Shown piece after piece: positions 21,336-38,081 of a DNA stretch of 64,000 bases (its first letter is position 1; each line of letters begins with the position of its first letter). This DNA is from an uncultured Acidobacteriota bacterium (GTDB lineage Bacteria; Acidobacteriota; Blastocatellia; RBC074): NCBI GenBank assembly GCA_963796275.1, contig CAWCKY010000004.1:1568001-1632000 (forward strand), read 5' to 3'. The notes beneath the pieces were generated by a model that saw nothing but the letters and a program-made list of their open reading frames with translations, was not told the DNA's origin and searched no databases. The position numbers were made by a program, and so were the translations under genes.

Positions 21336-22103
21336 TCAGTTTGAACGCATATCTTTCAGCGTCAAAAGAACATCATCCAACCCATGATGAGCAGCCTCGA
21401 TACGTTTTGATCGCAGAACGACAAGGTCACCGTTCATCTCTGAAAGCTGGAATGGAAAAAAAGCTGGGGTGTTCAGCATCAGTCTCAACGCCGCTTTGCC
21501 CTCAGAAATGGCGTGCAAAGCCGCCTCGAATAATAGTATCACCAGCTTTTGGTCAGTGATGATTATTGGCAGAGCTTTCTCATAACATCCTTTAAAATCT
21601 GAATCTTTCAGTACTCCCCACGCAACAAAGGAACGGACAACATAGCGCGCGTTTCTGGCAACTGTCTCGCGATCGCCGTACTGCTGTTTCAATCTATTGA
21701 ATATTTGCGCCTGGGTAATTTGGTCTTGAAGGTTCAGTAATCGGCCTACCTGCCGGGCAACATTGAACCAAAATGGATAGGCAGCAGAGATGACAGCCCA
21801 ATGCAGCGGTAACCACATCTCTGGTTGCAACTGCCGCGCCATTGACAATGCGTCATCTCGAAACGCGATCAGGTCTTCATTCGGAGAAAACCATGAAGCG
21901 AGGATACTGATTGCCATTCCATATGTCTTACTTCCACGTTCCCCAATTCCCCCGCTCTGCTTTTGTGTGGACAAGTATTCATCCAGGTTCTCTCGTATTT
22001 CCGTTTCAGACATGCCTGCTAATAGCATGTGAAGAACTCGATCCATCCATTCCTTCTGGATCGTTTGCTTGATTCCTAATTTTTCATGCCGTTTGTCAAT
22101 CAC
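21336..22103 (-). CDS. brxA: BREX type 3 BrxA-like protein
   Basis: LHW....YPFW, YGDRETVARNARYVVRSFVAWGVL, PAFFPF; last gene of the BREX-3 order. Confidence 0.75.
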   Translation of the reverse strand: MIDKRHEKLGIKQTIQKEWMDRVLHMLLAGMSETEIRENLDEYLSTQKQSGGIGERGSKTYGMAISILASWFSPNEDLIAFRDDALSMARQLQPEMWLPLHWAVISAAYPFWFNVARQVGRLLNLQDQITQAQIFNRLKQQYGDRETVARNARYVVRSFVAWGVLKDSDFKGCYEKALPIIITDQKLVILLFEAALHAISEGKAALRLMLNTPAFFPFQLSEMNGDLVVLRSKRIEAAHHGLDDVLLTLKDMRSN

Positions 22104-24095
22104 CGCGCTCTCCTCTCAAACTTTACCAAGGGCACGATGACCTCTTCAATGGCAATGCCTCCGTGTCCGACAAGTGTTTCGTTAGGGTTCATAAATGCAT
22201 TATTGCCACCGGCAAGAAGCGGGAAATAATCCGATGGCAGCCCGACTGGTTGCCACTCAATAGCAAAAGTAAATTTTCCAGCAACCAACGCCCTGAGTTC
22301 AGGAGTCGGGTAGACCCGGACTCGTTCTCCACGAGTCTCGGCAATGACGCCTTCATAGGGACGCCCCTTGCCACGGCATTCGATATTGCCATGATCGGAT
22401 GTCAACCAAACTTGAAACCCGGAATCAAGCAAATAGCCAATAAGCGACGCCAGAAAGCCTCCCTTGCACCACTGTTTTATCTGGTTATGCATCCCGGCTG
22501 CACCAAGCTGCAGTGCCATGCATGATTTTGTCGACCGTGTCAACAACCACCCCGACCGCCCTGGTCCTTCCCGGATGCAGAGTGGAATCCAAAATATTAG
22601 CAACGTCGCCATCGCCCAGCCCTCGCTGGTAAGCGATATCCAAACGCGACAATCCAACTCCTTCCCAGAACTGCTTCCAAAGATTGCCCTCGTTATTGGT
22701 CGTATTGATCGACGAAGGAAAGTAGATCGGAGCCTTTCCAGAAAAAATCGCTTGTCTGGAGACAGAGGTCAGCGTCGGAATCCAGGCGAAGGTCGCAGAC
22801 TCACGCAATATAAAACTCTGATCCTGCTCCTGAAGAACCTGACGAATGGTGACCCACTGATCTAAGGCAAGTCCGTCGACGACAATTAACGCGATTCGGC
22901 AGTCTTTGGCCTCCTCCATCTCCCGAGCCAACCGCCGAGGGACATGGTGCAGCATAGCTGAATTGGCCGGCGGCAAATTAATCAGACTGGCGTAGTGTGA
23001 CTTAAGCCAATTGGCAAAGGTCACGTTTACATTTATGCCGGTTTGAAGAAAACGGGCCTTGACTTCCGCTTCAGAGCCGCAGTAAATCAAGGTTGCCAAT
23101 TCAGCCCATTTCAATGCGAATGCGGTCCAATCCGAATACCTGCTATCTACCGATGGCAAACCACTCTCTATGAGTTCTAACAGACGAGAGATCCGTACCC
23201 CTTCATCTTCTCTTTCAGTTCCGATTATGCCGCACCGAATCCAAGACTCTGTATCGATCGAGATATCCTGTCTCTTAACGGGTGTGAGTCTTCCCTCAAC
23301 GAACAGGTTGTCGATATAAACCAGAATATCCTGATGATCAAATGGCAAAACTGCAGGTCCTGGATACCTGAGAATAACCTCAAAGGAATTTTCACTAATC
23401 TGATTGTCGGCATCGAGTCTGTCAAGGAAAACGGGCCAGCGCTCCTGTAAGAAAGAAAAGAATGCTTCCCCATCGACCACAATTTCATCCAAAGGCCAAT
23501 CTTCGAACCCGCCATTCACCTTGAGCGACTGCACGAGCCGATTAGCCAGAACTTTAGGAATATCAATCTTTTTGTAGTGCAGACGAAGCAATGTCCGAAG
23601 CAGATCCACTTCTGTCGTGATCAACTCAGCCGCAACGCCAAAAACGTGGCGAAGAATGAAATCCCTGGTCGCGTTGTCGCCCATCCGATCGGGCACTGTC
23701 TTCTTCTGGGCATCGAACAGCACGTCCAGAAGACCGCGGTCAAGCTTCTCAATGACTGAATAACTCAGATTTGGGAAAAGCCTTCCAAGGTCAAAGGCTA
23801 GTCGTCTACCGGCCTGGAGCAAATCATATGGAAGCGCTTCGAACGCCGAATCTTGTAAGCGTAGAATGACTACCAGATCGGTAACCCCACCCCGATCCCA
23901 GATCGAACGATATTTCGATTCATAAGCGTATCGAAACTCAACTGGATCACTGAACTCAATCAGTTCAAAGCCACGCGCCCTCAGTTCGAAGGAAAGTTTC
24001 TCTTCGGTCAAAAGGCAATCCGGATCAGCGACTAGCGTAAGTTTGCTGACATTAGGAATGAATTCGTTCAAGATAGCGTCTCGCCAACTATTCAT
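22100..24095 (-). CDS. pglZ: BREX-3 PglZ alkaline-phosphatase-like protein (frameshift near 22500)
   Basis: LVADPDCLL, IVVDGLALDQW, WIPTLTSVSRQAIFSG, VDKIMHG, LTSDHGN, GHGGIAIEEVIVP. Confidence 0.92.
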
Positions 24096-27009
24096 TGAGC
24101 GCCTCCTTTAACGATGCGCATCAACAGCAGTGGCCGAATCTCCGGAACAATCTGCCTTGCAGATTCCAACTCTTTGCGCCATTCAGACTCCTCAGCATCA
24201 CATCGCACCAGCCGATGCTGGCGCACCTCGGGCAACCCAACACGATCAATGGCCTTTCGCCGTGAGCTAAAGGCGGTCGTTCCGCGATCTTCTTCCCGAA
24301 CAATAGAAGCCATGTGCTCCTGCTGCAAAGTATCAAATTGCTCCCGTCCTACCTGTTCCGCTGCACACATAAGCCGGTCAGAGGCGGCCAGTGATTCATC
24401 GTGCCCCATGGCATCCAGCACCTTCGGTTCCACTGTCTGCAGGGCATCCCAGATATGACGGGCAGTTGGTAGAAATACCTTGCCTTCTTCGCTCAAGAAC
24501 ATACTTAAGTAGCGCCTTCGAACTATAGGTATCTGAATCAGGTGGTTCTGCCTGTGCCTGCCAGCTTGTAAGCGGATTTCAAAAAGTCCCCAGTAACCTG
24601 ACAAACTCAAGGGCACCCCACTCAGGGACACACAGGGCAACGGCTGCCCAGCGGTGACTTGCGGCAGGTTGAGCGCCAATCCACGAACCTGGTTGTACTC
24701 CAGATTCAGCAAGGTGGCATCCGAAAGCCGGTCCGCCTCACGGGAACTAAACACGCACTTACGATACACTTGTCCATCCGGCCAAGTAAGCTCCCACCAC
24801 GAGCGCTTTCGTGTCGCCTTACCTCCATGAGAGTTCAAATAGCCAACTGTCATCCGCTCCACCCAATGTGGCAAAGGATGGAAACGCAAGCGTTCGGCTA
24901 CCTGCGCATCAGGCTCATCAGAAATACCATAGATGGAGGATGAATCCCGTATTTCGCGGATATCTTCTCGAAAACGGGTCGCCGTCTGCTCCACCGATGA
25001 TTCAATGCCATCCGGATTCAGTAAGGCTGAAGTGAAGACTTCCTCGAACAATTCGCCAGCTTGTGCCGAATCGAGCACATCGCCGGTCTTATCGATTCCA
25101 AACTCCTCGAAGATTACCGAGAGCTTTTTCTCCAGAACCTCCCGAACGCGGAATTCGACCGTGTTCTCAAAAACAAAATTGATGGCTTGCACCGTCTTTG
25201 ACTGGCCGATACGATCCACGCGTCCAATCCGCTGTTCCAGCCGCATTGGGTTCCACGGGATATCGTAGTTGACGATAATGTGACAGAATTCCAGATTCAA
25301 TCCTTCCCCACCGGCATCCGTAGAGACCAGGACACGAGCGTGCTCACGAAAAGCTTCCTGCGCGCGCTTGCGCTCGTCCATATCCATGGAACCGTTGAGC
25401 GTCACCACCGAAATACCTCTGGCCTCCAGAAATTCCCTTAACATCTCCTGGGTCGGTATGAACTCGGTGAAAATAAGCACCTTCAGATATTAGATCGTTC
25501 TGGTCAATTTGGAGCCGGTAAATCCATTCGATCAGCGCCTCTGACTTGGCATCGGGGCCAGCCTGTTCGCATCTTCTGGCCAAATCCAGCAGGGCGTCCA
25601 CCTGACCGCCTTCCCTTTTCAGAGTCGATACAGGGAACCTCAAAAACTCATCGAGAAGTTCTTGGCCATCAAGGTCGTACATCTCGTCATACCCGTCGAC
25701 AACACTAGCGCCATTTTGAAGCTCTTCAAGATGTAGACTAGCCTGCTGCCTGCTATCAATTAGTGCCTCAAGCCGGTGTTCTAGCGTGGTGCGGATCGCC
25801 CGGGTGCTGGAAATCACCAACCGCTGCATCAGAATCATCAGAAACCCTATGTGAAGTTTCTTCTCTCGTATGGCTTGGTTATATCCATCACGCACATAAT
25901 CGGTCACGGCATCATAAAGAAGTTGCTGGAGATGGTGTCGCGCTTCCCACGACACTCCCACCATCTGTGTGCGTCTGGGTTTGAATAGCGGCTTACCATC
26001 GGCATCTATGGCTTTCCGCTTTTCAGTGCGTATCACATAGGGGGCTACACGATCGCGAGAGACGCTATCTAAGTCTGGAAAGGCGTCGTTATCCAGCAGG
26101 TTCATCAGACGATAAAAGGCATCGGTTTTGCCTTGATGTGGAGTGGCCGAGAGTAAAAGCACATATGGAGCAGCGTCTGCAAGTCCCCGACCCAGCTTGT
26201 AGCGTGCTACCTGATCAGTGCTACCGCCCAGGCGATGAGCCTCATCCACTATTACCAGTATCCCAGCCCGCCGTCACCAGATCCTCAAAACGACTGCGGT
26301 TGTATTCCGTCACTCGTTGTAATGTCCAGCCACGCCGCTTGTCCAAGGGCTTTACAGAGTCCAGAGAAACTTCCACTTGATCAAACATCGCCCAAGGATT
26401 GTTCCGCAAGCGTGGAGCCTGGAGAGAGGGGGACATCATGTCGTCCCCGATTCTCACTTCATACTTTACATTCGAAATACGCTGCAGTGTGTTGATATCA
26501 TCACCCAGAATAAGCTGGAACCGTTCGTTGAAATGATTCAGCATCTCCGCTACCCATTGCGCAACCACCAGCGTTCGACGCGACAGGCCGCGCAGTTTAA
26601 GTTCGCGCATGATAAGCCCAGCTTCAATGGTCTTGCCTAAACCGACTTCATCAGCCAGCAGGTAACGTACGCGGTCGCCGGAGATGGCTTTAGACAAGGC
26701 GTGGATTTGGTGTGGCAGTGGAATGACTTTCGACTCCATAGGAGCCAGAAGCAGGGGGCCTTCAGAAGCGCTGGCACCACCCTCAAGAACCTCGGCGACT
26801 TTTGATGCCGCAGCGACATAGCCAATCCGATTGGCTTCAATATCTGGCTGAAGATCAGCGCTCAGCGGCCGAAGCGCAGAGCTAGGAATCCGGACTACAG
26901 CATCCTGATTCGGCAACCAAACACGGCAAACCGTCTGCCCCCACAAGATATGCTCTTCGATGACTTTACAGGCGCAGTTGTGGATCACGCTATATTGCCA
27001 TTGATTCAT
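24092..27009 (-). CDS. brxHII: BREX-3 SNF2-like helicase BrxHII (two apparent frameshifts)
   Basis: PLPHQ, LLADEVGLGKTIEAG, DEAH, LLSATPHQG, STDAGGEGLNL, WNPMRLEQRIGRVDRIGQ. Confidence 0.88.
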
Positions 27010-27017
27010 CGCTCTGG

Positions 27018-28070
27018 TTATTTCGGTATGGAAAAGTCATTGTGATAAACAACTGAAGCCAGCTCTATCGTCCCGTCGGCGCATTCCCAGTAATGAAGAT
27101 GGAATTCTCGGTCGATATCTCGGCGCTGAGCTTTATCATTCCCACGCATTCTTTGAGGGTCATTGCCTCCTGGGCCTGTTCTGAGCGCATGTACTGCGGC
27201 TAGATTCTGGTTTTTTATTGTTTCTACAATTGATCGTAATATCCTTGGCGGTAAAGAATCTCCTTGATTAGTACAACAGTTCTGACAAGCCTTAAGGAAG
27301 TTTTGGCCGATAGTTGGCACTGAGGCGTTCTCCCAATCAGGGGCTTCACCTTGCGCAATACTATTCTTATATAAGGCGATCCTGATTGAAAGTTCTATTC
27401 CAAGATTGTCAGATGCACCAGTCAGAATAACAGGCTCGTCAAGACATTCGATTAATCCTCTGAAGTCGTCACAGGCCAGAACGTCTCCCTCAAAAAATTC
27501 TGGAGGGGAGGGCAGTGTAGGAATGTCATCTCTTTCGTGTTCAAAAACATGAATCTGCGCTCGCACCCTTACCACCTGTTTTGGTGTTTGCCGGAGAATA
27601 AGTGAGTGGCCTCCGAGCGGTTGCCAACAATGTTTCCGCAGGATTGCAATTGGAGTGACACAGCGGGCCAAATCCGATTGCAATCCTTTATATGTCGTCA
27701 ACCTAATAATGTCCGGATCAGTTTCAAGTGGATCTGCCAACACATCTCTCACACGATAATAAGTTTCGAAGGAAGGGGTGATAGTCAGTAGCCGATCTGC
27801 AATTTTGGCGACCGTGTTTACGTCGTATTCTACGATCCCATGCGCATTAAATAACGCTCTAAGATGGTCACGTAGCGGATATAATCCATCTGCAAAAAGT
27901 GACTCAGATGCTCTTTCGCTCATATAAATCGCCACCCAAGGCTCGTCCAGAAGCTTGCTCCAATCTAGAAGTATATCGACGTACTTATACGCGTTCTCGG
28001 TAGAGCATGCTCCCTCGGGCACAGCTAGCACTGCGGCATCAATTGTTACACTTGGCCTACTTTGTGTCAT
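27018..28070 (-). CDS. Hypothetical protein with C-terminal RelE/ParE-like segment; ABC-ATPase partner
   Basis: Start MTQSRP overlaps the ATPase stop; C-terminus RRDIDREFHLHYW..GTIELASVVYHNDF resembles RelE-fold toxins (inference). Confidence 0.55.
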   Translation of the reverse strand: MTQSRPSVTIDAAVLAVPEGACSTENAYKYVDILLDWSKLLDEPWVAIYMSERASESLFADGLYPLRDHLRALFNAHGIVEYDVNTVAKIADRLLTITPSFETYYRVRDVLADPLETDPDIIRLTTYKGLQSDLARCVTPIAILRKHCWQPLGGHSLILRQTPKQVVRVRAQIHVFEHERDDIPTLPSPPEFFEGDVLACDDFRGLIECLDEPVILTGASDNLGIELSIRIALYKNSIAQGEAPDWENASVPTIGQNFLKACQNCCTNQGDSLPPRILRSIVETIKNQNLAAVHALRTGPGGNDPQRMRGNDKAQRRDIDREFHLHYWECADGTIELASVVYHNDFSIPK

Positions 28071-29979
28071 CTTTCCTCCTGCGGGCAATACGTTTATTGG
28101 CTGCGGCACGTAGAATCTCCTCTGCCTGCTGCTGGGATTGATCAAAAAATCCCTCAGGCCACTGAGGGACAGCGCCGTACTCATTGATAATCACCTCACA
28201 GAAAGAAGAACTTAGAGCGGGTTTCTCTACAAAGTAAATCTTTGTATAACTGTTAAGTTCGTCTCCTGGTATAGCAGCGGCAATTCTGAAGCGTAGGCGG
28301 TCAATAAAATATTCGCTGTGAGTTTCGACAATGCATTGCTTATTACACAACGCCATCGACAAGAAAAAGTCTCCCAATAGAGTTTGGACTTTAGGGTGAA
28401 GATGTAATTCCGGCTGCTCGAAAACTAAAGTCGAGTCTTGGTCGGCCAAGAGACACATTACAAGGATTGGAAGAACCTGACTGACGCCGACACCAACGTG
28501 AGTAAGATCATATGTGCTTTCTGAATTCGCCAAACCAACTTTCAGTTCATGTCCCAACTTACCTTGATCCCGACTCTTTACAAAACTGGCTACTCCAAGG
28601 TATTGAAGCCAATCTATAACGGCGGATTCTAAAGTACGCGTTATAGTCTTCCGGTCGATAGTTGCCGATTTGAAATGGGATGATGGGATGTAATTGATTT
28701 TTTTATTCTTGTGAAGCTCTAGTATAGAAGCGGTATGCTCGCCACGTAGTCCGACATCAAAAGGATCTACTGCGGGTGCAAGCGGATATAGTGGCTTGGG
28801 GGCATCCCTCAATGGGCCAAGATATTTCAGGGATGACGAAAAAAAGTCATCCAAATATCTTGAAGCTTCCATTATTTGTCTGGGGGGCAAGGCCTGGATA
28901 ATTGCATGGTTATCAGACTGTTGAGATGACTTTTTTAGTGCTTCTAGAATCCGATCAAACAAATTATCCGATTCACGCAGTACTTGCTGAACCTTAATTC
29001 TAGTGCCGGGAGCCAGCGATCTTAATCGCTCATTCCAAAACCGTAACGATATTGTCTCGTTATCAGCAATAAGGGAAGATTCCTGTTGATACCTTATATT
29101 GAAGACTTCGTCGAAATCTATGGTGTCGCAAAGAATGTCACGTAAAACAGCAATTACCTCTTTAGTGAGAATAATACCTCGGTTCATACTCCTTCTAAGG
29201 CCTACTGTTCGGCGCCTGTCATCTTGTAACGCCAGAGTTATTGAATTAGCTTCTTCTTGGACGGTATCAAGGCTATAAATTACTCTATCTGGCAGGAAAT
29301 GCCTCAGTATGCATCCCATTGCCTTTGCGGAACGAAAATCCTCCCTTACTTCACTCATGGAATGATCATCAAGATCAACATCATATGCTAGACTTGCGCG
29401 AAGTTGGTCGTCGAATTCATCCATGGCGTTCATGCCGTCAATTTGCGATATCGCCTTACTTGAATGTCGTATAGATATCTCTGCTTTTAGGTCGACATTA
29501 TCCTCATCTCTCGATATGCACAATAACCGGCTCGCGAAGAGCCTAGGCTGTATCTGGAACAGCTCTCTTTGTGAACTCGATGGGTCAGCATCAAAAGAAA
29601 TTTCGCAGGAAACCTCACGGAGTTGAGTATACCTTGACCCATAATAGACCGTTCCTCTCGTATATACAGCGGATGATGCTATAGTCGGAATATCTGTATT
29701 TGGCAATGGGTTGCAAGTGCATTTGACTACAATTTGATCTGACTCACTACCATTTGACTTTAGATCATCAAATTGCCCAAGACTTGTAAGTGCTCCATTC
29801 AAAACAACGGAGCGAGAGCTGACTTTGTGAGATAGCGTTTGGGCTACGAGCAGAATTGATTGGATTAATGTGCTCTTCCCACTGCTATTCGCACCGGCGA
29901 ATATGGTTAATGGTCCAAGAGACAATTCAGTTTCTTCACGAATTGACTTAAAATTGAACACTTCCCATTTGGTGATCAT
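28057..29979 (-). CDS. ABC-type ATPase (AAA_15/AAA_21, DUF3696-like C-terminus)
   Basis: NFKS, Walker A GANSSGKS, YLGPLR, VGVGVSQVLP signature, FEQPELHLHP, ETHS, WPEGFFDQ. Confidence 0.88.
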   Translation of the reverse strand: MITKWEVFNFKSIREETELSLGPLTIFAGANSSGKSTLIQSILLVAQTLSHKVSSRSVVLNGALTSLGQFDDLKSNGSESDQIVVKCTCNPLPNTDIPTIASSAVYTRGTVYYGSRYTQLREVSCEISFDADPSSSQRELFQIQPRLFASRLLCISRDEDNVDLKAEISIRHSSKAISQIDGMNAMDEFDDQLRASLAYDVDLDDHSMSEVREDFRSAKAMGCILRHFLPDRVIYSLDTVQEEANSITLALQDDRRRTVGLRRSMNRGIILTKEVIAVLRDILCDTIDFDEVFNIRYQQESSLIADNETISLRFWNERLRSLAPGTRIKVQQVLRESDNLFDRILEALKKSSQQSDNHAIIQALPPRQIMEASRYLDDFFSSSLKYLGPLRDAPKPLYPLAPAVDPFDVGLRGEHTASILELHKNKKINYIPSSHFKSATIDRKTITRTLESAVIDWLQYLGVASFVKSRDQGKLGHELKVGLANSESTYDLTHVGVGVSQVLPILVMCLLADQDSTLVFEQPELHLHPKVQTLLGDFFLSMALCNKQCIVETHSEYFIDRLRFRIAAAIPGDELNSYTKIYFVEKPALSSSFCEVIINEYGAVPQWPEGFFDQSQQQAEEILRAAANKRIARRRKDDTK

Positions 29980-29982
29980 GTG

Positions 29983-32822
29983 CTACTCATCTCCCATTCT
30001 TGTCATCGCTAGGTTATACCACATAAGCAGCTTTGGATTTCTTCGAGCACGTTGTTGGGAATCTTATCAGCTATACCAACGATGGTAGCGTAGTCGCGCT
30101 CTTGCCAAGCTTTCTTGAAGCCGGCGCGGACGGCTTCAAGGCGAAAGACTTTGAGCTTCTTCTTCGCTTGTCTATACTCCTCGAATTCTCTGAGCAGGGC
30201 TTTTTCGCGTAGTTTTTCTAGATCGCCTGCCTTGTTAGGTATCTGGAACGTACCATCTGTCACGGGCTTTTGCGATCAATGCCGAATTATCTTTCGGCAG
30301 GTTACGCATTTCCTTCCAGTTGGTAGATAGGTAGGAGTGAATCTGTTCCGGCACCGGGCCTTTACCGTCATATCGCAGAAAGTTTTGATCCAACAATTCA
30401 GATAGCTCTATGGCTCTCTCATTTTTTTGCCAGCCCCCCTGTGTTTCACGCATGAATTGTGGCTGAAGATCCTGAAATGTCTGTGGTTTTCTAATCACCT
30501 GTTGTTTTACCCACTGAATGGCGGACATTTCATCAGAAACGAAGAGGTCGAGTTGGAGCAGTTCCCTCGACGTCATCCGCTTACGCTCGTACTCAGCGAC
30601 CTGATCTGTCAGGAAGTACATGCCATCGCGCTCGGGAAACCGCTGGGCCAGTCCTTGGTAAAAGTCGCCTGCAGAGAGGGGTACGCTGACTTCGCGCTGT
30701 ACGTGAAAGGCGACCATGCGGTCGAACAAGAGTATCTGTTGCCTCTCCGCAATAATTTGCCCAAGCCCATCTTTGATAATGAAAACGGGAAGTTGCCGAA
30801 GGTGGGTTCGAATGAAATCCCAGACACCCTCTTCTGTTCCAGCGTGAAGTTGGAATCGCTTTTCGAGCCCGCCGTTAGGTTTGTAAGCGGAGATGACAAG
30901 GTCCTTATCGACTGCCTTGGCGTGCAACTGCTTCTTGGTCTTCATTCCTTTATCGAGAACGCTGACATCAGCGATGATGAATCCTGCGCGTCCCAACGCC
31001 TCCTGTATCGCGGTCCATACGGCGTTCTTGGAATTGTGAAACTCTATCGTGGCCCACCGGCCTGGCTTTAGGATGCGATAGACCTGTTTCAGGCAATCTG
31101 TCATCATCTTCGTATAAATGAACAAGTCTTTCCGTTGCTTTCCGCTTACCACGGTATCCTGACCTGAGTTTGTGAATACGTGGAGCCACGCCTCCCACAA
31201 AAAATTTAACTCGGCGTAGGGTAAGTTGTCGCCGAAGGGCGAGATCGTATGAACACATAATCAATGGAGTTATCCGGGATCAGTACAGAGGCGAGAGACT
31301 GGGTGGTTATGGCTACTGAGGAGCAACATTTTGGAAGAGCGTTGCCAAATCTCTTGATCTTTCCGGTTAAGACATACGTCGGGCTTGGTTCGCTAACTGT
31401 TGAGCCGATGTAGAGTGTGCCACTCAAGGCGCGGTTAACCTGGGAATAGGCGTTCTTCAGGAATCTATTACGACGGGTAAAGCTCACGACAACACTCTGC
31501 AACGTGAACCGCCAGAGCCGCTTCATTTCCTCTCTAGGCAGGTCATCAATCATTTGCCACAATAAAGAGAACGCGGCAAGTTGGCGCGAGAGGTGAAAAT
31601 CGTGAGCGCGGCTGATCCCCTCGTGGTATCCTCTATAAAGATCTCCCCATTCTTCTCCCTCTGACACAAACATCATCAATTCTGTCGGAAACTCGATGGA
31701 GTCAAACAGTCGCTCGACTTTCTCAAGGCAGGCTAGATCGTCACGATCGGGTTTCTTGCTTTTCTTCAACCCTCGATGTCGGTATCGAATCTCCACTGGA
31801 CGCAAGACTTGACGCGACCGAGTAGCCTTTACCGCCTTGTCGTAATAAGTAGTTGTAAGTCTGACAAGATCACGCTTAGACACCTCTGCAGTACAATGAG
31901 GACAGGCTAGCTGATCGGCTAACGATCCCGATTCTTCATCATAGGCCAAGTCCCAGAACTCCAGTTCACCGGCGCAATGGGGGCAGGAAAAGATATCTGA
32001 CCAGATGGTGAAGTCAATCGGGCAAGTCTCCCCTGTCTTGGGATCTCGCGTCTCATACATCCACCAGTATTCTCGGTTGAATTTGTCCAGAAGGTTTTGC
32101 GCAAGTTGCGCGAACTCCTTCGAATCATTCGTTAAGTTATAACCCGCTGCTATCAATGTTGCAGCGGACGAGAGGTCGTTCAGAATGGAAATTCGCTCTC
32201 CCAATTTAGAGAACCTTTGCTTATGTTCATCCAGAATGCTTCCATCTGCAGTTAGCGTATAACTAAGGGATGCAATTGTGTTTCGGTCCCCGCACATTTG
32301 CGCGGCCACGCCAGTCATCCCAGTTCCACAGAAGCCATCAAATATTATGTCACCCGGCTCGGTGTAATGAAGAATGTACCGCATGATAGCTTTATGCGGC
32401 ACCTTAGTATGATAGGAATGCGCATTGTAGATTGGGTCGTTCTTGCCCTCGCTCACATCAGCGGCAAACGGCTCTCGGTGATATTGGTGGTCTTCAGGCT
32501 TTTCCGGCTTTTGGGCTTCCCATTCAGCAATGAAATCTGCAATCCAAGGATTCGGGCAGGCGGTGTAATACGGAGGATCGCTCAGATTCAGAATCTCTTC
32601 GCCGTTACCGATGGGAAATCCGTCGATGTTGCGGAATTCCGGATCTTTCAGCTTTTCCCGCAGTTTCTCGGTGAAGTACTTGCGTCGCTCCTCATCGTTG
32701 ACAAAGGTCATGCCGAGGCAAGTTACAGCCTCGGACTGCCTCCACGCCTTTCCAGAGATCGTATCAAACAAGCTATTGTTACTCATATCCAAATTCTGGA
32801 TTACATTTTGTCTCTCAGACAT
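29983..32822 (-). CDS. pglXI: BREX-3 DNA methyltransferase PglXI (several apparent frameshifts)
   Basis: LSDPPYYTACPNPW, AHSYHTKVPHKAI, motif I DGFCGTGMTG, DYVF.. catalytic region broken at ~31240, RLEAVRAGFKKAW C-terminus. Confidence 0.88.
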
Positions 32823-32824
32823 TC

Positions 32825-36553
<3,729 letters not shown>

Positions 36554-36557
<4 letters not shown>

Positions 36558-37087
36558 CGTGTCTGCTCCAGAGCCACTTCAGTTCCTGTTTTCGCGCCAA
36601 CGTCTCCGGCCAGAGCTTCCGGAACGACTATCAGAAAATCCTGTATCGGATATCGCTTATATTCAGGGTGGTCCGGCGTTGCATAGACCATATGTTCACG
36701 ATCCACGGAGCCACTCCAGGATACAACTACCGTTTTGTTTCGTGAGACTCCTTGTAAGAGCCTCAGCGGATCCTGCTTGAGCGAGGCATCGAACAGTACC
36801 TCAATGTTGTCGAGCAGGATCAGCTCGGCCGGGTCTGCATTCATGATTTCCAATAAGAGGTGGGGCAACTGCAGCGCCCGCTGGCGTTCGGTAAGTTCAA
36901 GCATATGCCTAGACAGTTCAAGGTTGACATTGAAAACAGGGGCTCCCGTTCGCGCGTGAAGATATTGGAGTGCAGCGGTCTTTCCCGCACCCGCCGGGGC
37001 CACAAGTATGACGAGACGGTTGTAAAGTCCCGCTGCCTGGCCGATCTTAAGTATGATCCTGTCAGTAAGTGAATCAGGCATTTTCAT
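36554..37087 (-). CDS. brxF: BREX-3 P-loop protein BrxF
   Basis: [45 protein letters not shown]; overlaps brxC start. Confidence 0.88.
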
Positions 37088-38081
37088 TATCCTTCCAATC
37101 TCACGAGTTTAGACAGATAAAGGTAGGCCGCTCGGCCTACCACGAGGCAAACACCAGCGGTATACTCGTGGTGTGAAAATAGAAAATGCCTCGATGAAAA
37201 GTGTACATAAATTCCGAGATACTGTCGCTACCAGTCTGGGAGCCGGCGCTGCGATGCTATTAATGCAACCGACGCTTTGGCCATATGGCCACGTCATCGA
37301 TCCCCAATCGAACGGACGCTCAGCGAGATTTTTGCCTATGATTGGAGCAGGTTGAATCAGGTGCTACGCATGCCGACCGGCTTGACTTTCATCAAGTTGG
37401 CCTAACAACTCTCACACTCGTTCGCAGAACAAGGATGATTTGACTGGGCATCTCTGCCAACAGCCGTATCTGCCGGCCCACTCCCGACATCACTTCTTCC
37501 ACTTCTTTTTCTGCATATCGGATTGGGCTTTCTGATCTCAAGACGGCAGTTGCGAAGAATATCGGGAAGTCGGTCACGGCCACCAAAATTTCTCCATATC
37601 CACTTTAAAAGCTGCTACTTCGGATTCCTGACACGTGATGATTTCGCCGGATTACCAGCACGATAGTTCATCCGTTTGTTCGTCCATATCTGTCATCATC
37701 GCATCGTAATCATACAGAATCAGAATACAAGTTGTCTCCTGGTCGCACCCGAGATTTAAGGTTCTTCAATTTGGGCCCTAATTATCTCAAATTGATCTGA
37801 TTTGTGTCGAGGTTGAATTGGTACACCTTCAGGGCTTGAATACGCGCTCTCTACGACGCTCAGAGAGGTCGCGATTGACGAGTGCTGCCGCATCATTTGA
37901 TGCCGCCTATCGATAGTGACAAGCGTCGCATGATTGGCTTAGATGTCAGCCACGTGTTCCCACATCCTGATGTTGGATTCCTAGAATTCGAACTGGCTTT
38001 GTGAGCAATGCGAACGGGGTTGAGCTTAGTGCCCCTTATGACGCTGACGGAGCAAATGACGACAGGTTGGCGATTGATTCC

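Noticed and set aside
37390-37950. Possible gene remnant upstream of brxF
   Set aside because: Multiple stops in the minus-strand frames examined and no recognisable family motif.
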